A stretch of DNA of 64,000 nucleotides from Terriglobia bacterium (GTDB lineage: Bacteria; Acidobacteriota; Terriglobia; Acidiferrales; UBA7541), in contig OY968796.1 in assembly GCA_963695545.1 (NCBI GenBank), positions 3,232,001-3,296,000 on the forward strand, in the 5' to 3' direction. A model generated the notes under the pieces. That model ran no database searches, was not told the DNA's origin, and saw only the letters and a program-made list of their open reading frames with translations. How positions within the stretch are numbered: the first letter of the stretch is position 1; the number at the start of each line of letters is the position of its first letter. Both the position numbers and the translations under genes were made by a program. This document shows positions 1-10,000 of this stretch, one piece after another.

Positions 1-34
1 GACTCGAACCGTCGGGGGATCAGCGCAAACAGCG

Positions 35-865
35 ATGCCCGCCACCGAACCGAAGCTTCCCCTGGGCACCGACGACTCCGGACTCTCATCCAGATTGCTG
101 GGCGTCGCCAAGCGCTGGGTGCTCGCGGTGCAAACTTACGCGCTGCTGGCCGCCCGGTCCGTCACGAATATTTTCACTCCGCCCCATTACATCTCCGATT
201 TGTTCGACCAGATGGACGTGATCGGCGTCGGCTCGCTGCCCATCGCCGTTTTTTCGGGCGTTTTCATCGGCGCGGTCACCGTGCTTCAAACGGCGGCGCA
301 GTTCGCGCGTTACGGACAAACACAACTCACCGGCGACGTCGTCGCCGTCGGCCTGGTGCGCGAACTCGGGCCCACGATCACGGGCCTTTTGGTCGCGGGG
401 CGCAACGCCAGCGGCATCGCATCCGAGCTCGGCTCGATGCTCGTCACCGAGCAGGTGGATGCCATGCGCGCGATGGGCACGGATCCCACGCGCAAGCTCG
501 TAACGCCGCGCGTGCTTGCCACAGTCTTGATGCTTCCGCTGCTCGTGGCCCTCGCGGATTTCTCTGGTCTCGTCGGCGGTTTCGTTATCGCTTCTACGTC
601 GCAACATCTCGGCGCCGTGCAATTCTGGTCGCGCGCGATCAACGCCCTCGATTTTTCCGACCTGATGCAAGGCATGATCAAGCCCATCGTGTTCGGTTTC
701 ATCCTGTCGACCATCGGTTGCTACCACGGCCTTACGGTGCGCGGCGGCACGCAAGGCGTCGGCCGCGCGACGACGCAAGCCGTGGTCGCTTCGTCCATTC
801 TGATTCTCGTCGCCGATTTCTTTCTCGATAAATTGCTGCTGTTTTTGTCCGGGCATGTTTTGTGA
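35..865 (+). CDS. mlaE: MlaE-family ABC transporter permease
   Basis: Multi-TM protein with VRELGP, GIASELGSM, EQVDAMRAMG, GVGRATT motifs; first gene of an E-F-D operon. Confidence 0.93.
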   Translation: MPATEPKLPLGTDDSGLSSRLLGVAKRWVLAVQTYALLAARSVTNIFTPPHYISDLFDQMDVIGVGSLPIAVFSGVFIGAVTVLQTAAQFARYGQTQLTGDVVAVGLVRELGPTITGLLVAGRNASGIASELGSMLVTEQVDAMRAMGTDPTRKLVTPRVLATVLMLPLLVALADFSGLVGGFVIASTSQHLGAVQFWSRAINALDFSDLMQGMIKPIVFGFILSTIGCYHGLTVRGGTQGVGRATTQAVVASSILILVADFFLDKLLLFLSGHVL

Positions 866-871
866 ATCGCC

Positions 872-1717
872 ATGACTGACGCCACGCCAAACCCGACCGC
901 GAATGCCTCGCCCGATGCTCTCGTCTCGTTCTCGAACGTGCGCCTCGGTTTCGACGAAGGCGAAGTCCTGCGCGGTCTCGATTTCCGCGTGGCCGCCGGC
1001 GAAACGAAAGTGCTCATCGGCGAAACGGGCGCTGGAAAAACACTCGCGCTCAAACTCGCCGCCGGCCTCTTGCGCCCCGACTCGGGCTCGGTCCGCGTTC
1101 TCGGCCGCGATCTCGGCTCGCTCTCCGAACAAGAATTGTTCGCCTTCCGTCGTAAAATAGGCTTCGTGTTCCAGGAAGGCGCCTTGTTCGATTCCATCAC
1201 CGTCGGTGAGAACGTCGCCTACCGCCTCCGCGAAGATCAGTTGGACGACGACGAAATCGAGCCTCGCGTTCGCGAAGCCCTGCGCTTTGTCGAGCTTGAA
1301 AACACCATCGACCAATTGCCGTCGGATCTTTCCGGTGGAATGCGCCGCCGCGTTGCCATCGCGCGCGCCCTCGTGGATCATCCTGCGATCGTGCTTTACG
1401 ATTCGCCCACAGCGGGCCTTGATCCCATCACCTCGCAAACGATCATGACCATGATCCTGCGCCTCCGCGATTCGCAGGGCGTCACCTCGCTGCTTGCGAC
1501 GCAGCGCTTGCAAGACGCCTTTGGTCTCGCCAACTATCGTTTCGACGTCGCCGCCAATCGCGTGGTGCATGACGACGCGGGCGGCGCGGGCGCGAATGCG
1601 AGCCGCGGTCCCGACACGCGCTTCCTTGTTCTGCGCAACGGCACAGTTTATTTCGAGGGCGAGACGCAAGCCCTGGCCGAATCGTCGGACGACTATCTAA
1701 AACAATTTTTGGAGTGA
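872..1717 (+). CDS. mlaF: MlaF/Mkl-family ABC ATP-binding protein with degenerate catalytic motifs
   Basis: Walker A GETGAGKT, Q-loop FQEGALFD, signature LSGGM; Walker B reads VLYDS and the switch reads ATQ. Confidence 0.88.
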   Translation: MTDATPNPTANASPDALVSFSNVRLGFDEGEVLRGLDFRVAAGETKVLIGETGAGKTLALKLAAGLLRPDSGSVRVLGRDLGSLSEQELFAFRRKIGFVFQEGALFDSITVGENVAYRLREDQLDDDEIEPRVREALRFVELENTIDQLPSDLSGGMRRRVAIARALVDHPAIVLYDSPTAGLDPITSQTIMTMILRLRDSQGVTSLLATQRLQDAFGLANYRFDVAANRVVHDDAGGAGANASRGPDTRFLVLRNGTVYFEGETQALAESSDDYLKQFLE

Positions 1718-1764
1718 AGAGCTTCTGTGCGTAAGGAAAAGTTTTCGCTTGAGGAGGGCCGATC

Positions 1765-2850
1765 ATGCCGCAACAAAAACAATTGACCTGGGCCGAGCTC
1801 CGCGTCGGAGTCTTCACGCTCGCGGGCCTGATCCTGATCGCGGTCGCGATTTTTTACGTCACCGGCGCGGGCTCGCTTGGCGCGAAATATCGCCTGCACA
1901 CTTTCCTGCCTGAAGTCGACGGCCTCGCCGTCGGCGCTCCGGTCAGCGTTGACGGCGTGGAAGTCGGCAACGTCGAATCGATCGAGATCGCGCCGCCCAT
2001 CCCGGGCCAGCTGCTCAATAAGGACCGCAGCATCGAAGTCGTCATGCGCATCAGCAAACGCTACCAGAACAACATCCGCACCGATTCCAGCGCCAGCCTC
2101 GTCACCGAGGGCCTCCTCGGCGATCGCTATGTCGATATCGATCGCGGTTCGACCGGCGCCGTTCTCACCGACGGTGCCGAGGTTCCCGGCAAAGAGGAGA
2201 CCGCAATTAAGGAAGTCGTCGAGCGCAGCGCGGACGTGATGGCGAACCTGAGCGCCTTAAGCCAACAACTCAGTACGATGGTCAGCGATTTGAAGGGCGG
2301 CCACGGCACCCTCGGCGCCCTGCTTGAGGATAAGACGCTCTACAACAATCTCAACGTCTCCGTCACGCGTGTCAACGACATGCTCGGCGGCATTCAGGCC
2401 GGGCAGGGCACTCTCGGCAGGCTGGTGACCTCGGACACTCTTTACACCAAGGTTGATTCCGACGCGGGCCGCCTCGATGACATCCTCGCCGCCGTGCAAA
2501 CGCAGAAAGGCTCGTTCGGCAAGCTCGTCTACGATCCCGCGGTGCACGACGAGGCCAAGGAGTTCCTCAACAACGCCAACGGTCTTCTTGCCGGCGTGCG
2601 CGCGGGACAAGGAACGCTGGGCAAACTCGCCACCGACGACACGCTCTACAACGAATATCGCGACATCGGCAAGAATCTGACCACCGCGACCGCCAAGCTC
2701 GATTCCAACGAAGGCACCGCCGGCAAACTTTTCAACGATCCGCAACTTTACGACAACGTGACCGGCCTCGCCGGCGACATGCGCCTGCTGATCGGCGATT
2801 TCGAGAAAAATCCAAAGCGATTCCTCTCGATCAAGCTCAACATTTTCTGA
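1765..2850 (+). CDS. MlaD/MCE-domain protein with long repetitive helical C-terminus
   Basis: N-terminal TM, MCE motifs GLAVGAPV, GVEVGNV, EGLLGDRYVDI; C-terminal NPKRFL; GGAGG RBS. Confidence 0.9.
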   Translation: MPQQKQLTWAELRVGVFTLAGLILIAVAIFYVTGAGSLGAKYRLHTFLPEVDGLAVGAPVSVDGVEVGNVESIEIAPPIPGQLLNKDRSIEVVMRISKRYQNNIRTDSSASLVTEGLLGDRYVDIDRGSTGAVLTDGAEVPGKEETAIKEVVERSADVMANLSALSQQLSTMVSDLKGGHGTLGALLEDKTLYNNLNVSVTRVNDMLGGIQAGQGTLGRLVTSDTLYTKVDSDAGRLDDILAAVQTQKGSFGKLVYDPAVHDEAKEFLNNANGLLAGVRAGQGTLGKLATDDTLYNEYRDIGKNLTTATAKLDSNEGTAGKLFNDPQLYDNVTGLAGDMRLLIGDFEKNPKRFLSIKLNIF

Positions 2851-2928
2851 GGCCTCGTCCGCGCCGAATCATTCATCCGGCCGCGGCCGCCAGACCGTGC
2901 TTCACGCGCGTCGCGCCCTGGGGTTTCA

Positions 2929-4689
2929 TCAGGCGCCCGCAACGCGCGCAAGCCGAATCTTCACCGGTGCAAACAGCCGCGCGCTCGATTGCGCCGGCTC
3001 TTCCACGCCGACGGTGAGACGCGTCGCGCCGGTGAGTCGCCACGATTCCGGCGCGCTCGCAACCACGCACACGATATCGCCCGCCTCGAGCGCCCGGTTC
3101 GCTTCGTGCTCGGCTCCACCCGGAACCTCGCGGATGACGCGCAGCCACTTTGATACGCTGCGCCCTTTGCCGATCCACTCGGGCACGGGATTCCGCGCCG
3201 ACCAGTTCTCCGTCTCCTCCGGACCGTCCTTCCCGAGCTCGACGGAGGCGTCCGGCGCGCTCGAAAGAAAATGCACGGGCCGATCCATCGCGGCGATCAA
3301 CAGCATGGCGTGGCCGCGACTGAGACTGCGCGCAAACAGCACCACGCCGCCAAATTCCGGCAGAAGCTCGCGGCCTTCGACGGTCTCGCGATAGCGCGTG
3401 TGCGTCCACAACCAGAGCCAAAGCCGCAGCAGGGAATCGGGCCGTGCGAATACCGCGTACAGCAGCGCGAGTATGGTCATCACCGCGCCCGCGAAAAATA
3501 TTTGCCGCGCGCCCATACCGAAGCCTTGCGCGAAAATGTAGTAGACACCTGCCGCAAGAAAGATTCCGGAAAACGAAAACAGATTCGACGCGCCGATCAC
3601 GCCGCCTTTATTTTCCGGCCGCGGCCGATGCTGAATCAGCGCGCCCAGCGGCACGGCGTAAAAACCTCCGAAGAATCCCAACAGCGCGAGTTCCGTGCGC
3701 GCGTGCCACACATCGAGTCCGGGTCGAGAAACCATGAACGAAAAAACAGTCATTCCCGCCGCGCCCAGCGGCACGAGCCCGTATTCGATCTTCGGTCCCG
3801 AAAGATAACCCGCAACCAAACTGCCCGTGCCGATTCCGATGGCGACCGCCGCTTGCAGATAACTGGTCTCGGTTTCGTTCACCTTCAGCACGTCGTGCCC
3901 ATAAATCACGATCACGAATTGCAGAAGCGCCGCAAGCGACCACAGATACGTGTTGCCCACCACGGCCCAGCCGAGAAGATGATCCTTCCGCATGCGCTGG
4001 ATTTGCGTCCACAAATCGCCCAGCGGATTCAGGCGCAACCTCGCCGCGGGATTCGCCGCCGGCACGCGCGTGATTCCGTAGCTTGTTGCGAGGCCCGCAA
4101 ACGTCGCACACAACAGCACGAGTCCCGCGCGCCCCGGATTCGCCGCAAAATGAAACGCCAAAAATCCCGCGCCGACCACGCCCGCGATCGAGGCGAGAAA
4201 CGTGCCGAGTTCGATCACGCCGTTGCCCCAGGACAATTTCGTCTCCGGCAAGATCTCCGGCAACAGTCCGTACTTCGACGGCCCAAACAGCGCGCCTTGC
4301 GTCGAGATCAAGAACACGCCCGCGCACTCCATCGGCAAATTTCGCAAGGCCAGCGCCGCGGTTGCGAACAACATCACGCCAATCTCGAAATATTTCGTTC
4401 CGATGGTCACCGAGCGCTTGCTGTAGCGATCGGCTAAATATCCGCCCGCCATCGAAAACAGCACAAACGGCAGCGCGAACAGCGCGCCGATCACCAGCAC
4501 CAGAATATTCCGCCGCGCGTCCGGCAGATTCATCGCCACGACCAGATAAATCACCAGGAATTTCAGTCCGTTGTCGTTGAACGCGCCCTCGAACTGCGTG
4601 GCAATCAAGGCCCAGAAACCGAACAGCCCCTTCTTCACGGGATGAGCCGGGGCGGTGTGCGCGCCGGGCGTGTTTTGGTCGGATGGCAT
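2929..4689 (-). CDS. MFS transporter (LplT/Aas-like) fused to a degenerate acyltransferase remnant
   Basis: TQFEGAFNDN, GYLADRYSKR, FGPSKYGLLPE, GNGVIELGT motifs typical of the MFS domain of Aas-like proteins; start placed at MPSDQ (ORF is open to 4782). Confidence 0.8.
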   Translation of the reverse strand: MPSDQNTPGAHTAPAHPVKKGLFGFWALIATQFEGAFNDNGLKFLVIYLVVAMNLPDARRNILVLVIGALFALPFVLFSMAGGYLADRYSKRSVTIGTKYFEIGVMLFATAALALRNLPMECAGVFLISTQGALFGPSKYGLLPEILPETKLSWGNGVIELGTFLASIAGVVGAGFLAFHFAANPGRAGLVLLCATFAGLATSYGITRVPAANPAARLRLNPLGDLWTQIQRMRKDHLLGWAVVGNTYLWSLAALLQFVIVIYGHDVLKVNETETSYLQAAVAIGIGTGSLVAGYLSGPKIEYGLVPLGAAGMTVFSFMVSRPGLDVWHARTELALLGFFGGFYAVPLGALIQHRPRPENKGGVIGASNLFSFSGIFLAAGVYYIFAQGFGMGARQIFFAGAVMTILALLYAVFARPDSLLRLWLWLWTHTRYRETVEGRELLPEFGGVVLFARSLSRGHAMLLIAAMDRPVHFLSSAPDASVELGKDGPEETENWSARNPVPEWIGKGRSVSKWLRVIREVPGGAEHEANRALEAGDIVCVVASAPESWRLTGATRLTVGVEEPAQSSARLFAPVKIRLARVAGA

Positions 4690-4810
4690 GAGAGATGGGA
4701 AGCCACACGGACCCGCGATGCCGGATGAGCCCGTGATAGGCGGCGCGAGGGAGTCTATCAGGAGGATGGGTCGTAAGGTCAATGGCGTTGCTCAAGGTGT
4801 GGGGAAACAA

Positions 4811-4948
4811 GGTGTACCCCCCTCCCCCCCGGGTGTTTTTCGGAAGTGTTGATTCTGCTCGACTTTAAGTCCTTTGCGCCAGAACTGGTGATTCTAATGG
4901 GCTTAAAATGTGATTTGTCAGAAGTGCTGATTCTGGAAGGTTTACGGG
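4811..4948. repeat. Intergenic element copy A: three 39-bp-period units after a C-rich CCCGGGTGTTTTT end
   Basis: GAASTGBTGATTCT-N4-GNNTT with GATTCT at 4851, 4890 and 4929. Confidence 0.75.
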
Positions 4949-4987
4949 TGAAGAAGGGCGCGTTGGTGTGCTTGAATTCCATGCCCG

Positions 4988-5017
4988 ACCATACCATGCA
5001 ATATACTGTCACGTCAA
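4988..5017 (-). promoter_or_regulatory. Putative sigma70 promoter reading into element A
   Basis: TTGACG (5017-5012), 18 nt spacer, extended TG, TATGGT (4993-4988); ATG at 4982. Confidence 0.55.
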
Positions 5018-5165
5018 CATATATTTACACGCTATACGAATAGAGTGGGTAGAAACGAAACCGCTCCATTTCGAAGCCGAGCCTGCCGTCCGCATACGAT
5101 ATAACTGTACCGGTATCTTGTGATATGTAGTATATACGTGCCGTCGGGGGGGCGGAGGAGGGGCG

Positions 5166-5456
5166 ATGGCTATCGGTCGCAAGGGAACCGCGCATGTCTG
5201 GCTGGGTCAAAAAATCGTACAACGAGCGCCGCAGGCCTCGGGCGTATATGCGATCTTCAGCAAGGAGGACTGGATTTACGTTGGAGAAGCCGGCGATTTG
5301 CGAAAGAAGTTGATCGCGCACTTCGACGGCGAGAATCGCTGCATCACACAGAGCGATCCGATCGGGTTTCAATTTGAATTGGTGCCCGCGAAGCAAAGGG
5401 CGGCGCGAAAGAAAAAGCTGATCGCCGAATTGGAACCGACTTGTAATCGGCGTTAG
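5166..5456 (+). CDS. Small stand-alone GIY-YIG nuclease-superfamily protein
   Basis: P..SGVYAIF...WIYVGEA.DLRK.L..H pattern; GGAGG RBS; 96 aa. Confidence 0.72.
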   Translation: MAIGRKGTAHVWLGQKIVQRAPQASGVYAIFSKEDWIYVGEAGDLRKKLIAHFDGENRCITQSDPIGFQFELVPAKQRAARKKKLIAELEPTCNRR

Positions 5457-5520
5457 GGGTGTGGCCGAAGGCGGCTCATTTCATATCTAGCACTCAATGT
5501 GTTGGGTTCCGCGCCCGTGA

Positions 5521-6588
5521 CTAAGCAGCAGAAGCAGCGGCACGCTCGCGTGCAGCCTGGTCGAAGGCGGGGCGCGCGCGCAGTAGCAACACCACGAGCG
5601 TCAAAGTGATCAGTGCGCCGAACGCGGCTCCGAAAGCGGCGAAATATCCCATCATGTGCGGGGAAAGCGGCGTTACGTTCGGCGGCATGTCTCGCCCGGC
5701 CGGCATCGGCATCACGCGCAAAACGGCGGCAAAATAAGCCTCGCGCCTCGCCGGCAGAAACATGGGAAGCGAATTCAGCAATCCAAAGATGTAGAACGCG
5801 ACCGTGCCGGGCAAACTCCAGGACTTTAGCCGGAGCAGGCAGATGCCCAAGGTGACGTTGACCGCGACGTTCGCGAATAAGAAAATTTCTGCCGCGCGCC
5901 CATACAGAATCTTTCCCAAGAAAAACGCCGGAAAGTGCAGGAATGGAATCAGAAGCACCGAGGGTGCTCCGGCGAGCAGGAAAATCGCCACGACGATGAT
6001 CACCACGGGCACCCGGCCGGGCCGCGGCGGTGGGGGCGGCAAAACCAGCGGAAGCGGCACGTTGGACGCCGCGATTTCGCCGGGCATTGCGGGCGATGCA
6101 GCTTGTGTCGGCATCGTGGAGCGCGCGGCCTCGAATTGCGTGCGGACACTGCGTCGGGTGAGCAGGACCAGCCACCACACGCCCACCGAAAGAAAGAACA
6201 GACCGAAGGTCGCCGCGGTCGCTCGCATCGCGACGTCGACGTGCGGCGGAGCGTTGGGAAGGCTCGACCAGGGTGTCAGGAAAAAGATCAGGGTGTACCC
6301 GAATGAACTCAGGATGGTGAGTATCGCAAATACTATCGTCGTGATTCGCGCCCAGTTTTTCAGCCGCAAAAGTCCGATAGCGGTGAAGATTCCAAATACT
6401 TCCACGCCGAGAACCATCACGCTGCCCGCGACCATAAGCGCCAGAACTGGCCGTGGAAGCGCGGGTTCCCCGGTCGCAATCGATACCCAGACCATGGTAA
6501 CCAGAGCGAAAATGTGGGAGAGAAGCGCGAGCGAGCTGCCCGCGAGCAGGAGGACCGCTGCGATTGTGACTCCGGCGGAACGTTTCAT
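5521..6588 (-). CDS. Hypothetical multi-pass membrane protein with two homologous halves
   Basis: About 8 hydrophobic segments; GLLRLKNW and CLLRLKSW repeated either side of a Pro-rich linker. Confidence 0.75.
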   Translation of the reverse strand: MKRSAGVTIAAVLLLAGSSLALLSHIFALVTMVWVSIATGEPALPRPVLALMVAGSVMVLGVEVFGIFTAIGLLRLKNWARITTIVFAILTILSSFGYTLIFFLTPWSSLPNAPPHVDVAMRATAATFGLFFLSVGVWWLVLLTRRSVRTQFEAARSTMPTQAASPAMPGEIAASNVPLPLVLPPPPPRPGRVPVVIIVVAIFLLAGAPSVLLIPFLHFPAFFLGKILYGRAAEIFLFANVAVNVTLGICLLRLKSWSLPGTVAFYIFGLLNSLPMFLPARREAYFAAVLRVMPMPAGRDMPPNVTPLSPHMMGYFAAFGAAFGALITLTLVVLLLRARPAFDQAARERAAASAA

Positions 6589-6695
6589 CGGACACTCTGC
6601 GTGTTGCGGGTTGGCTATACCAGAGATCGCCTGATATTAACAAGTCTGCACGGCGCGTTGCGCGGAGCGGCGCGCAAGAGAAGGAGGACGGGACG

Positions 6696-6998
6696 ATGGG
6701 GTATCACGGGATCGCTTATTTTTTCGGCGGGATGTTCTTTGTGAATGGGATTCCGCATTTCGTGAGCGGGGTGTGCGGGCGAAAGTTTCCATCGCCGTTC
6801 GCTTCGCCGCCGGGCAAGGGACAATCTTCGGCGTTGGTGAACGTGCTGTGGGGCGCGCTGAATTTGGGAATTGGATATTTTCTGGTGTGGCGCGTTGGGA
6901 CTTTCGAGCTGCGGAGCACGCGCGATGTGGTTATCGCGGGTCTGGGCGGATTGTTGATGGGCGTGATGCTGGCGAACACGTTTTCAAAGAATGTTTAA
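6696..6998 (+). CDS. Small hypothetical membrane protein
   Basis: AGGAGG RBS; 3 hydrophobic segments; NGIPHFV.G and F.SPFA.PPG motifs. Confidence 0.75.
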   Translation: MGYHGIAYFFGGMFFVNGIPHFVSGVCGRKFPSPFASPPGKGQSSALVNVLWGALNLGIGYFLVWRVGTFELRSTRDVVIAGLGGLLMGVMLANTFSKNV

Positions 6999-7058
6999 TA
7001 AAGCCTCGCGCTCTGCTTCGCGAGAGCCGCGGCGGGAGACCCTGCGGCGTTCGCGCGA

Positions 7059-10000
7059 TTATTGGCCGGAGTCGATCGGGAGCTGCTGCTTGGCCCAGGC
7101 CAGGAGGTCCGGAAGATCGGCGATGTAAATGCGCGCGGTGTGGTCGCCGCTGGAGGTCAATAAGAACTTGCCGTCGGGAGAGAATTCGGCGACGTACACG
7201 CGATTGGTTTGGCCGGTGAGAATGCCCAGCAGGAGACCGGTTTGAGAATCCCACAGCCGCGCGGTGTTGTCTGAGCTGGAAGTGGCTACGCGAGTGCCAT
7301 CGGGCGAGAAGGCTGCGCTGGTGACCAAACTTGAATGACCGGAGAGCGTGGCGATCAAAGCGCCGGTGGAGGCCTTCCACACGCGGGCGGTATGGTCGGA
7401 GCTGGCGGTGACGATGTTCTCGCTGTCGCGCGAGAATTCCGCGTCGTTGACGGTTGCGGCGTGACCTGCGAGCGTCTGCAACAATTGGCCGGATGAGGCG
7501 TCCCACACGCGCGCGGTACTGTCGTAGCTAGCGGTGACGATCAGTTTGCCGTTCGGCGAGAAGACGGCGTGAGACACACCGCCGGTGTGACGGTCGAGCG
7601 TATGCACCAACTGGCCGGTGGCGGAATCCCACACGCGGGCGGTTTTGTCCATGCTGGCGGTGACCACGAGTTTGCTGTCAGGTGAAAACGTCGCCCAAAG
7701 CACAGCGCCCGTGTGCCCCAAGAGCGTGGCGAGCAAGCGGCCCGAGCTCGCGTCAAACAGCCGCGCGGTGTGGTCCTGGCTGGCGGTGACGATCTGCTTC
7801 CCGTCGGGGGAGAACTCTGCGTCATTCAACGCGGAGGCGTGGCCCGAGAGCGTCTCGAGCAAGCGCGCCGACGCGGCGTCCCACAGGCGCGCCGTGCTGT
7901 CGCCGTTCGCGGTAACGACGCTCTTGCCGTCGGGCGAGAACATCGCGGTGAAAACCCAAATTGGATTTCCGCCGGTCAGCGTGGCTTGCGATTGACCGGT
8001 GGCGGCGTCCCACACGCGCGCGGTTTTGTCCTGACTCGCGGTGACCACGTGCGTTCCGTCCGGCGAGAACTGCGCGTAGCACACGATCCCCGTGTGGCCG
8101 GTGAGAATTTCGACGGCGTGGCCGATATCGGAGTCCCATGCGCGGGCGGTGCCGTCTTGACCGGCGGTGACGATGCGCGTGCTGTCGGGAGAAAACGCGG
8201 CAGCGAGAACGGCTTGGGGATGACCGGTTAGATCTGCGAGAAGGTTTCCGGTCATGGCGTCCCACACACGGGCGGTGTGATCCTGGCTGGCGGTGACGAT
8301 GCGCAGCCCGTCGGGAGAAAACGTGGCTTCGCGCACTTCGGCGGTGTGGCCCGAGAACGTTGCGAGCGCGTTGCCGGTGCCGGTTTCCCATTCTCGCGCG
8401 GTGTCGTCGGCGCTGGCGGTGATGACGCGCGTGCCGTCGGGCGAAAATGCAGCGTCATACACGGCTCCAGCGTGGCCCGAGAGTGTGGTCACAAGATGGC
8501 CGGTTTGCGCGTCCCAGATGCGTGCTGTGTTGTCGGCGCTCGCGGTAGCGACGCGCGTGCTGTCGGGGGAGAACGTCGCTTCGTAGACCACGCCGGAGTG
8601 TCCCGTGAGCGTTGCGAGTGAACGGCCGGTCGCGGCGTCCCACACGCGCGCGGTGTGATCGTCGCTCGCGGTGACGACGAGTCTGCCACCGGACGAAAAC
8701 CGCGCGTCGTAAACCGTGCTGGTGTGGCCCGAGAGAGTTGCGAGAAGAGCGCCGGACTGCGCGTCCCAAACGCGCGCCGTGTTGTCGTCGCCGGCGGTGA
8801 CGATGCGAGTGCCATCGGGAGAAAACGACGCTTTGCGCACTTCGGCGGTGTGGCCGGTGAGCGTGGCGAGCAAATTGCCGCTCGCGGCGTCCCACACGCG
8901 CGCGGTGTTGTCCTGGCTTGCGGTGACGATGTGCGTGCTGTCGGGCGAGAACGCCGCATCGTTCACAGCGCCGGTGTGGCCCGAGAGCGTGGCGACGAGA
9001 TGGCCGGTGGAGGCGTCCCACACACGCGCCGTCTTGTCGGCGCTGGCGGTGACGATGTGTTTGCCATCGGGCGAGAACGACGCTACGTACACGGGACCGG
9101 CGTGATGCAAAATCAAATGCACGAGCGGTCCTTGCAGGACCGTGCGCAACGCGTACTCCGCCGGCTCCGACGGCGAGCGCTCGGCAGCTTGCACGGCTAA
9201 GGTGAGAGCTGAATCGAGCTGGCCGAAGGCGAGCGCTTGCTGAGACTGGGCGGCGAGTCTCGTCGAGTCGGCCGTAGCCACGAGACCAACGGCGCTGCGC
9301 CAGGCCCAGATTGAAGCGGCCATGCCGATCGCGAGCGCCACGGCGGCGACCACCGTGATTTTTTGCACGCGGCGGCGGATGCGTTCGCGGCGAGCCGCGT
9401 CCGCTTCGTAATGCTCGACGCTGGCTTCGATGAATTTGCGTTCGGCGGCGCTCAATTGCTGCGGCTTCGCGACGAGCCAAGTGCGCGCGCGCGTGAGCTT
9501 CAAGCCGGTGAGCAACGCTTCGGCTTTCTGGTCGGGCGGCGCTTTTTCCCAATCGCGCAAATCCTGTTCGAGTTGATCCTTGCCAATGAGGAATTCGCGT
9601 TCTTCGTCGAGCCAGCCGCGCAGCAGCGGCCATTTGCGCAGGAGCGCTTCGTGCGCCACCTCGACAAATGTTGTGTCGAGTTCCTTGTGAATAATGATCA
9701 GACGCGCTTTGGCAAGACGCTCGATGAGCGGGCGCGCTTTCGGCGGAAGCGCGTCGATCGGAGCGGGGCGGCGCACATATTCGCCGGCGGGATTGACGCG
9801 CACCATTGCGGGCACGAAAGCGTCGCGCAGCGCCTGCAAATCCTCGGGCGAGGGCTTCGCGGAGGCCAGAACTTCGTCCGCTTTGCGGCGCACGGCGTTT
9901 TCGAGCGGAGAGAGATGCGCGGATTCGTCGCCGAGCGCGAGATAGGCTTCGAGCGTGAGATGTTTTTTCTGGCCGAAGCGATCGTAGAGTTCGCGGAGGG

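Noticed and set aside
4843..4948. CRISPR array
   Set aside because: Only three degenerate units, no identical repeats with unique spacers of about 30 nt, and no cas genes
4846..5043. Plus-strand 65-aa ORF with xLILxxL repeats
   Set aside because: Translation of the 39-bp DNA repeat with no RBS; the promoter points the other way
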